From Eledone cirrhosa (Eukaryota), in NCBI GenBank assembly GCA_964016885.1, contig OZ024743.1, positions 17,608,001-17,672,000 on the forward strand: DNA of 64,000 nucleotides, given 5' to 3'. The notes under the pieces were generated by a model. That model saw only the letters and a program-made list of their open reading frames with translations. It was not told the origin of the DNA and made no database searches. This document shows positions 54,675 through 64,000 of the stretch, piece after piece. Each line of letters starts with the position of its first letter. Position 1 is the first letter of the stretch. The translations under genes were made by a program, and so were the position numbers.

Positions 54675-57077
54675 GGTTGGTGAAGCCACGCTTCTTATCG
54701 CCTCCAGTCTTTTTCAACGTTTTACCTCTTTTTAAACCGTTCTAAACCTTTTATTCAAGTCTTAAATTTGATAAAAGTTTAGAAGAAGTGACCCACCTAA
54801 TACAGGGGTTCACTAGTAAATAATACGGCACCCCTTTACGGGGTGTCGTATTCGTATTTGTGTAAAAATATTTTCTGAAAAATTTCAACATGGATAACAC
54901 AAAAAAGAGAGAGAGCGCTGTCAGACAACACAGAGAGAGAGGGAGACTTTATCAGCATGTCAACAAGACAGCGTTCCAGCGGAGGTAAATATAAACGAAA
55001 ATTTTACAAAGGAAAAAAAGTTTGTTACCGATTTAAAATTAACAAATATTTTGGCCAAGGTGCTAGCAAAGAGGTTGGCGCTTGTCGTTGGTGGTTTGGT
55101 CGGAGAGGCACAGACATGCGCCATTCCCGACAGATCCATCCACGACAACCTCCACCTCATGCGATACATCGTAGAGAGGGTAGCTAGGGAACCTGGCACT
55201 GGTGGATCTTTGATCAATTTAGATCAGTCGAAAGCCTTCGATAGGGTCGACCATCGTTACCTAGCGGCAGTCCTGAGGGCGGCTGGCTTTGGGCCTGTCT
55301 TCAGAAGCTGGATCGCTGCCATGCACAGCGACATCTGCTCTGTAGTGAGAGTGAACAGTCACCTTTCGGAATCGTTCAACATCATGCGCTCGGTCCGCCA
55401 AGGATGTCCCCTCTTGTCCCTATTGTACGTATTGACTCGAGCCATTACTGCACAAACTGGAGACGTTGGGCGGGGTCCCGCGCGAACTAGGATGCGGAAG
55501 ATCCGTGTCAGCATATGCCGACGATGTCACCGTAGTGGTGTCGAACGCCAAACAAATCGAGGCGATCGACACTACACTAAGAGAATACGAAGCGGTGACA
55601 GGAGCAATGATCAACCAGGAAAAGTCAGTGGGCCTGCAGCTCGGCACCTGGAGAGGCATGTCCATGCCGTCCAACAGCGTCGTCGGGCGCTGGACGGACG
55701 GACCGGTTAAAATGCTAGGCGTCTGGTTCGGTCCAGACCTCCAGACGGACAAAAACTGGGACGAGGTGACGAGCGGGGTGGCTTCTCTCACCTGGAAATG
55801 GGCCGAGAGGAAGCTATCCCTGAAAGGTCGAGCAGAGGTGGTGAATGCCTACATCGCATCCGTCATCTACTACCGCCTGACCGTCTTACCTTGTCCTAAG
55901 CCCCGCCTGACTGCGCTGGAGCATTTGCTCTTTCGCTTCTTGTGGAAGGGACGCGCTCCTATGATCAGGCGGTCCATCTGCTGTCAAAACCCGCTACGTA
56001 GAGGGCTGACATGCCGTGGCTGATGATGCGCAGACATGCGCTCAGGCTACGAAATCTTCACCTCTTCCTCGACGGTGATCAGGTGTGGTCGCCGTTTGCT
56101 AGACACGTTTTTCCCCAGCTCGTCTCCTTGACGGAGGTGCAGTCCTGCGTCAAGCTAAGACCGAGAGTGAGCGCTTGGAGACTGGAATGTCTTCAGGCGC
56201 TCACAGCCCTCGACAAATCGGGCAATGTGATCGGTGGAAACTCCACCTTGGCGTTCTATAGAAGATTAGTGGAGGTGAAGAGCGACGACGTACTTGGAGA
56301 AACTCTAGGCGTCGACGAAATTCAACTAGCCAGTCTCTTCGGAAGGACTTTCGGGCCGGGGCCTATGGACAACTTCCAGAAATCTCTGGCCTGGCAGTGC
56401 TACCGGGGAGCTTTGCCAGTTCGGGATAAACTCTACAATCATGGAGGTGCCGTCAGCCGGGCATGTCCGGGATGCGCGCAGGGCTACGGAACCGTCCTGC
56501 ACGCACTCGTCCAGTGTCCGAGCATTGCTGACTTGTGGGTTTATGTCGAAAACCTGCTGTCACGTGTAGGACGGATCCAGCTATCAGCCGGGAAGGGCAG
56601 GCAGTTTTTATCTGTCTGGTGACCATGGCGAAAGAGATAGTATGGTGGATACGTTTGAAAGGGCTGAAAACGAGCACTTACCTCTTGCGTGATGCCCTGA
56701 TTAACTTTTTCAAATTTCATTTGAAAAGGAAAATCAGGGTAGAGAGGGAAGTGCTCTCTTCCCAGCATTTTGTTGAAAGATGGGTGAGAGAAGCAAGTAT
56801 GGCCCGAATGAATGGGCCTTCTCTGAGTATGTGTCTGTAAAGTAAGGGTGGAAAACTAGGAGAGGGCACTTGTCCTTGTGGTCGGGGTCACTGTGGTCAT
56901 TTAATGGGCTTTCTCCACAAATGTCCCTCGGAAGTCTCCCCCCTATTGGGGAATTTTCCTTTGTTATTTTATTTCATCCTCTGTTTTTTTTTACACGCAG
57001 AAATGTGTACTGTCCTGTATTGTCCTGTACTGTCCTTAATGTTCACTTCATGTAAACCCTTGTGGTTAATAAAGAAA
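54675..57077 (+). mobile_element. Internally deleted or chimeric Tx1 LINE
   Basis: A distinct 5' leader (ATG at 54890) is fused at ~55048 to RT (LAKRL, DQSKAFDRVDH, RQGCP, YADD), the C-terminal CPGC...HALVQC knuckle and the 3' UTR. Confidence 0.88.
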
Positions 57078-57103
57078 ACATTATTATTATTATTATTATT
57101 ATT

Positions 57104-58810
57104 ACAGTTGCATTTATCTTGCTTTATGTTCATACGAGTTATCCCCAAGTCACAACCAGTGACATCAAGAGACAACAAGGTCTGCCATGTTCAAGAAAGA
57201 ACATACATACTCACACATACATCTTTAGTGTTTAGACTTGTGATGTACTTATATTGACAGAATCTTCCTTAGTATATGGGCAGTTCCCATTAGTACCATC
57301 TTTTGTATTTCTCCTATACGCGGGTTTCCTGGGATTTGCTATAGGTAATCAATAGACCCCTTAGGTATTATTCCTAGAGCGCCTACAACCACTGGTATTG
57401 TTTTAGTTCTCAATTTCCACATTTTTCCAATTTCTATATCCAGGTCCTTATACTTGCACAATTTTTCAAATGTTTTTATAGATACATTCTTGTCTATTGG
57501 AACAGACATATCAATTAGCAGGCATAGCCTCTTTTTAAAGTCCTTCAATATTATATCAGGTCTATTTGCATCTATTTTTCGGTCTGTTTGGATGCTAAAG
57601 TTCCACAGGATTGAGATGTGATCTTTTTCAAGTATGGGTGGTGGTTGATGCTCCCATGTATTCTTTTGATGGGGCAGGTCAAAATGCTTACACATTATCC
57701 AATGTATGTATTGTGCAGCTCTGTCATGCCTGTTTAGGTATTCGGTTGGAGCAATAGGACTGCACATTGAAATTATATGGTCAATGGTCTCTGGTTGTTT
57801 TTTACATACACGGCATAATGGGCTGCATCCATTTTTTATTATGTTGGCTTGGTAATTTTTTGTTGGCAGACACTGATCTTGTGCTGATATAATCAGTCCT
57901 TCAGTCTCCGATTTCAGTCCAGAGGATGCCAACCACTGATGGGTTAAAGTTTTGTCAACATCAGGATTGTTAGCTCGCTCTGGGTATTTTCCATACAGAG
58001 GCTGTTCTTGCCATTTCTTAGCCAGTTTCTGTAGCAGTTCTTTCTTTGCAGTTACTTTTACCTGCTTTGCTTTTTCTGTGTTTTCCATTTCAGCAGTAAA
58101 TGGGACTGAAATTTGTAGTCCATTACTGTATCTTTGTGCATCTTTTGTAATGGAATATGATCTTTTGGCCGGTGGCTAGGTCACTATGTCAATTTATTTA
58201 TATCTTTTGCTAGCCTCTCCCTTGTCTAGTGATACCGCCACCTTCCCCTTTCTCTCTCAAGTTAACAGGGGAATAGTGGTGGTAGAAATGAAGGATAGGT
58301 GGCGGCGGCGATGGAATAGTGGTAGCAAGATGATGGATGGGTGGTGGCGGCGGTGGCGTTGTGGTTACTGGGTTTTGTGATATGTAGTATCTATGAGTTT
58401 GTGTTCGTATGTTTAATATATATTGTGTTGACATATTCCCGTAAAATTGGGATTAAACATTTTGTTAAAATTTGAGACAATAATAATAGTAATTATTATT
58501 ATCATGCCGGGATTGATGGTGGTGGTGGTGAAATTGCCGTTATCTGGCTGTTATATTTAGTGTGATGTGATAGGTGGTGTATCAACTTTCTGGTGTTGGT
58601 GAAATTGCTGTTATTTGGCTGTTCTATATAGTGTAGACAGAGGGTGTTTTCTTCCATTTATAACCATTTTCTTTTTTTGAATACAAAATATATAATACAA
58701 AATTGAAAATTTGAGCGATATAACAATATAATTTCGATCCGAAATTGTATGGGACTTCATTCGGTGGATTATGCAACATTTGTACTAAGAATTGTTATTT
58801 AACAAATGAT
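57104..58810 (-). mobile_element. Internally deleted DongA copy
   Basis: ORF 57339-58088 (knuckle plus RLE) is joined at ~58164 directly to the 5' module homologous to 53281-53955. Confidence 0.9.
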
Positions 58811-58879
58811 TTATTATTATTATTATTATTATACAATTGATTTATTATTATTATTATTATTATTATTGTTATTGTTATT

Positions 58880-61800
58880 CCTTGAATCTCAGTCATTGAT
58901 GTTGGTTAACTGGAAAGTCCGTTGGATTGAATATCAAGCCACTACCTGCAGCCTCAGATATTCAGGACGTATCGGAGGGTTCTTGCTGTTCCAAGCAAGC
59001 ATGCCTTTTGAAGCGTTCCAAAAAGCGTAAAGGGGCCGATTTTCTTTAACCATCCCTGGAAACCTTTGGAGATACTCCCCAGTGCGCCTATGACAATCGG
59101 GATCACTTTGACTTCATGGCAGTTCCAAATCCTTTTCACCTCCCACTTTAGATCCTGGTATCGGTTATTGTTCTCCCTCTCCTTCTCTTGCACTCTCGTG
59201 TCGAACGGGTAGGCCACATCCACAATCAGGCACGATCTTTTTTCTTTGTCCACAACCACCAGGTCAGGTCTATTGTGTTCCAGTTTTTTGTCCGTCTGTA
59301 TCCTAAAATCCCACAGCACCTTCACCTGACTGTTCTCCATCACCGCCTCTGGCCTATGCTCATACCATTTCTCAGAATGTGGTAGATTGTTTACTTTGCA
59401 CAGGTGCCAGTGGATCACCCTGCCCATCACATCGTGTCTCCAACCCTTATAGTGGGTCTGGGCTAGGTGTTTACACTCGGACACAATGTGAGCCACAGTC
59501 TCCTCTCTCTCTCCACAGATCCTGCACAGTGGGCTAGCCTCCTCCTTGTAGATATGGTGCTTCAACCACTTCGTTTTGAGGGCCTGCTCCTGCGCAGCCA
59601 TTAGCATTCCTTCTGTAGCCTTTTTGAGGTCTCCTCTTCTCAACCAGTTCCATGTCTGTGGATCTCTAAATTCAGTTTTCTCAAAGAAGGTACTATGAAG
59701 GGATTTTCCCTTAAGGCTGCTCTTCCTCCTTGATGTTATTTCCTCCTTGGACATCCCCTGGCCTACTGTCCCCTCCTTCAGTACAGTTCTGAGCATTGGC
59801 TCCTTACTATAGGTCACGTATTTGTATAGGTTGTTTTTCTCCATCTGAACACAGTCCTCTATGCTGATAAGACCTCTTCCACCCTCAGATCTCCTTAGGT
59901 AGAGTCTATCGACATCACTCCTCTTGTGGAACATGTTGTAGATAGTCAATAGCTTCCTAGTCTTCCTATCCATTTCTTTTTGTTCAGCAACATTTCATCT
60001 CAAATTCCCGCACTGTACCTAATAATAGACACAGCTCGGGAATTTACTGCGCTTATGGCATTTCTGCTGTTCAGATGTGACTTCAATACGCTCCTTACTC
60101 TCCGAATGTATTCAGTTCTTAACAATTCCTTCATTTTTTTGTTCTTTATGCCATCAGCCTCCAGAACGCCCAAATACTTGTATCCTTCCTCAGAGTCAAT
60201 TTCCTTTATCATCTCACCTGTTGGTATCTGGATCCCGTTACTTCTGCTCAACCTACCCCTCTTCATCACAATGACTCCACATTTACCAATACCAAACTGC
60301 ATACATATATCACTGCTGAAAATACGGACAGTGTCAACAAGCACATCCAACTCCTTCTCACTTTTCCCGAAGAGCTTAAGATCGTCCATGAAGAGGAGGT
60401 GATTGATGGTAAGCTCTCCCCTTCCCAACTTGTATCCTGCTCTCACTTTTCGCAGCATAATGGTCAAGGGCATCAGGGCAAGGACAAACAACAGAGGGGA
60501 CAGGCTATCTCCCTGGGAGATACCTCTCTTGATCTTCACGCTTCCCAAGGATACTCCAGTTGATGTCAACTCTGTCTCCCAGGACCCCATACTCCTGCCC
60601 AGCAACTGTCTGATGTTATGTGCCACCCTGAAGATCTCCAGGCTTTTGGTGATCCAGGAATGAGGCACCATGTCAAATGCCTTTCTGTAGTCTATCCATC
60701 CCATGGCAAGATCAGTGTGTCTCCTCCTGCAATTCCCCATTACCATCTTATCAATAAGCAACTGGTCCTTTGTACCACGTGACTTCTTTCGGCATCCTTT
60801 CTGTTCGTCCGGTAACAAGTTGTTTGTGTGGAGGTGATGGTAGATTTCCTCAGACACAATGCTCGTCAACAGTTTCCACATTACGGGCAGACATGTGATA
60901 GGCCTATAGTTGGTAACATCATTACCCTTGATTCGGTCTTTCATTATCAGAACTGTGGTACCTTTTGTCAACCACTCTGGCACCTCACACGACACCAAGC
61001 AGTCATTGAACATGGCCGTCAGCTTCGGGTGGAGGGATGTTAAATGTTTAATCCAATACCCCTGCACACCATCTGGGCCTGGTGATTTCCAGTTGGTTAG
61101 TTTTTTGGCTTGCCCCTTAAGAGTTTCAACTGTGATACTCAAATCAATCTGTTGCTGTGCCTGCTCACCGATCTCCCTCTGTACTGTCTCAATCCACCCC
61201 GCCTGGGCATTGTGTCTAACATCCTGCTCCCATATTCCTCTCCAGAATGTTTTAGCTTGTTCCGCCCCAGGGATCAAGTCGTTGCCTCTTTCTTTCCCCT
61301 CAAGCTGTCCAAACAGCATCTTCTGGTTGTTGTCGAACATGCGGTTCTGTTTATACTGACTGACTCTGTTCTCGTATCGCCTGATTTTGGCACTCTTTGC
61401 TACAATGCGTTGCTTCAATTCCTCTATGATAATATTTAGCTTTTTACTCCTAGTTTTGTATTTTATTTCCAGTCTATTTTTAGTGCCTATGTTTTTTAGT
61501 GTCCCATTCAGTAGTGACTCAAGCTTTCCTATGTCATTTCTCATTTCCCCGATTTGCCCACTCAGTCGCTTCTTCCACCACGGCTCTGCTCTTTCTTGTC
61601 TGTTGTTTCCTCTCGCTTTTATACCAAGTAGTTTCCTCACCGTATTTGCTGTTGCTTTGAGGATATTGTTGCACTGGTGAAGGCTCCTCGCCTCAAGGTA
61701 TGGGATGACTTTGTTTACCTTAGCTGTTGTTTCTTTTAACTTTTTCCTGTCTACAAATCTTAGGTTCATAGGTCTCCCACTATCATTGTTCAATTCATCT

Positions 61801-63433
61801 ACCACTAAATTTAGGATGTCAACCGAATCTTGTCCTAGCCCGTCAGCATTCATCTCCTCAGTGGCCGTATCTCTGTTCCAGGTATTATTTATCTCAGTAT
61901 TCAGATCATTGTCTGCTTCGGGTGGTTCCTCCGTTCTCAGGACCTCTTCACCTTCATTTCCCACCGGCTCGCTTGTCTGGCATACTACACCCGCCATCTC
62001 CAAGCCATTCTCTCTGCTCAGTTCCTCCAGTTCCAGCTCGCTTATCCACCCATTAGTTCTTATTACCCGAGCCTGCCCGGCCAATTTTTGTTCATCTAAT
62101 TTAAATAAACCAATCTCGTTCCAGATGTTATGCATCCGTCTCCTGTAGCCCCTCTCCTTGGGGTTACTTTTCAGGTAGCATTGCATAACACTTCTATTCA
62201 ATTCTTTCGTCCAGTTGGTTCTGGCCCCTTTCCTTCTTCTTCTTCCTCCTCCAACATCAGCAGTATTTGGTTGACAGTCAGGTTCCTGCTGCTGAGCCAG
62301 GGGGCACCTGTTGGGTGAGAGTCTGTCACATGACGTTCTAGTCTCCATTTCACCGTTATTCGAACTGTTTATATTCGATATTTAAACACTCTTATCGAGG
62401 ATTGGCGAATGTATGTTTACATAGCCATCTGTGGATCCGCCATCCCACTTGGCCCTTGTGTGGCATTATCACCACGCTGTATACGAACACACATAAACAA
62501 ACAAACACACGGGCAGAAAGGGCCCCAAAAATGAATAAGCATAAGTTTCATTGTAATGTAGTATTCGAATGTCTGACTTAGTTTTTGTTTTTTAAGTTTT
62601 ACTTTTTCCCCCCTCTTCTCTGTCCGTCCGCCTGCTTCTCTCTTCATTCTTATTTTCTTTACGTTTTGGGGGTTTCTTTTTTTGTTTTTGTTTTTCTCTG
62701 TTTGTTTTTCTCGTGTTTGCTGTTGTTGCTGTGCTGCTTTGGTTTTGTTGTTTGTTTTTTCTTTTTTCTTTTGAGTCTATCTATATATTTTGATGCCTTC
62801 CTCTTTGTTAGTAGTAGGAATTCTATAATGTGGAAGTAGCAGCCAGCAGGGAGAAGTGGGAGACTGGCGGCGGTAGCGATACTGAGACAGTGGTGGTGGT
62901 GATGTCGATACCGAGGCAGTGGTGGCGGTGATGCGACCGTATTACTGTAGTGATGGTTCTGTAGCGGTGGCAGCAGTGAAGGAGTCAAGGGGTGGTGGCG
63001 GCGGTGATGGGATAGTGGTGGTAATGATGGCCGTAGTGAGCGGTGGCGGTGAAGGTGAAAATGTCGTTATCTGGCTGTTGTGTTTAGTGTACACAGATGA
63101 TGGGTTGGGTGGTGTATCTAGTTTCTGGTGTTGGTGAGTTTAGCTGTCCTATATAGTGTAGCCAGAGGAGAGGAGGGGGGGGGGGGGGTCTTCTTCCATT
63201 TATAGCCATTTTCTTTTTTGGATATACAGTGTACAATACAAAGTTGAATATTTGAATATTTGAGCCTTATAACAATATATTTTGGGTCCGAATTTTTTGG
63301 GGCTCAAGCCAGGTGCTTTACGTAGCATTTGTACTAAGAGTTGTTATTTCACAAATGATTTAAATATGTTAAAAATTCAAAACTTACGGGAGCGATTTCA
63401 TGACCTCCGTCACCTCGTGCGTCTTCTTCCCTT
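58880..63433 (-). mobile_element. Nearly intact Dong/R4-clade RLE LINE (DongB)
   Basis: Flanked by (TTA)n at 58810-58878 and 63434-63487; ~1.1-kb 5' region and ~74-bp 3' UTR. Confidence 0.92.
58954..62348 (-). pseudogene. DongB single ORF (N-terminal DNA-binding region, RT, CCHC knuckle, RLE), broken at ~60000
   Basis: 782-aa and 339-aa frames: WTKELN..VM.CY, WKSPGPDG, YRPITCL, WIDYRKAFD, QGDSLSP, FMDD, YKYLG, CRIC...HIVSEC, RHD, RPDLVVVD. An apparent 1-nt deletion and TGG>TGA stop lie at 59990-60002. Confidence 0.92.
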
Positions 63434-63434
63434 A

Positions 63435-63488
<54 letters not shown>

Positions 63489-63508
63489 TGTTGTTTTTGT
63501 TATCATTA

Positions 63509-64000
63509 CGGCGGAGTAAGTTGGTTGAATTTTTATGAGTTATCGAAAGTTCTAATAATATTTTTTTACATCGGTGTGTAGTTAGAGAAACCCTCTGTCA
63601 ACGGTGTGTTTTTTTTAACTGTATCTAGCGCTCTTGAGGGTTAAATTAGCTTTTATTTACAATCATAACCCCAAAATGTTGTTTTAAAAAAACATGACGG
63701 ACAAAGAAAATTGTCCACAGGGAGGAACAGCGAGTTGTTCAGAGAGTGGAACAGTCATTTCCATCCAATCACAAGGCAAAGTAAAAGACAAGAGAAACAG
63801 CAGCAGCGACAGCGACAGTGGTAATGACATCAGCAGAAGCTCTTACTGGAACTGTAGTAGCAGTAGTGAAAATTATAACGAAACATTTCCTGCGTTACAG
63901 AAATCAAACACCATTACCACCCCAATAATAACAATTACATCAGCAACAACCACAAATAACCCAAAGAATAACACGTATAACAGCAGCAAAATAGAGGAAC
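63509..64000 (+). mobile_element. Probable 5' end and ORF1 start of a further Tx1-type LINE (runs off the window)
   Basis: Follows (TTA)n. ~190-bp leader, then an open frame from ATG 63694 (MTDKENC...ETFPALQK...T/N-rich) resembling ORF1 at 44549 (HFPPLPK, T/N-rich). Confidence 0.5.

Noticed and set aside
58155-58175. Splicing as the cause of the 2.7-kb DongA internal deletion
   Set aside because: The junction does not match GT-AG removal; a TTTG microhomology at both breakpoints (50542 and 53280 in the longer copy) fits deletion or template switching.
59985-60005. Programmed frameshift or selenocysteine recoding in DongB
   Set aside because: No slippery site or SECIS seen; R4-clade elements have a single ORF, so ordinary mutation or sequencing error is simpler.

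Overview
Repeat-saturated, AT-rich eukaryotic DNA with no recognisable host gene. The microsatellite density and SINE types suggest an octopus or other cephalopod (inference). Bases 1-44,000 are dominated by (TA)n arrays holding fragments of Penelope-like retroelements (PLE; RT plus GIY-YIG endonuclease), a non-autonomous Helitron, tRNA-derived SINEs and many 320-730 bp non-coding units in partial tandem or inverted arrays. By eye I find 15 well-formed type I hammerhead ribozyme (HHR) motifs of about 10 unrelated sequence types in these units. Four loci carry two HHRs exactly one unit apart, as retrozymes do. Nearly all HHRs have a palindromic stem III, several have a U3:A8 core variant, and several have large branched insertions in loop II. 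Bases 44,300-64,000 are a continuous array of Tx1-clade LINEs (+) and Dong/R4-clade restriction-like-endonuclease (RLE) LINEs (-) separated by (TTA)n, including one nearly intact Dong-like ORF. Coordinates were read manually and may be off by a few bases; no ribozyme activity or database match has been tested.
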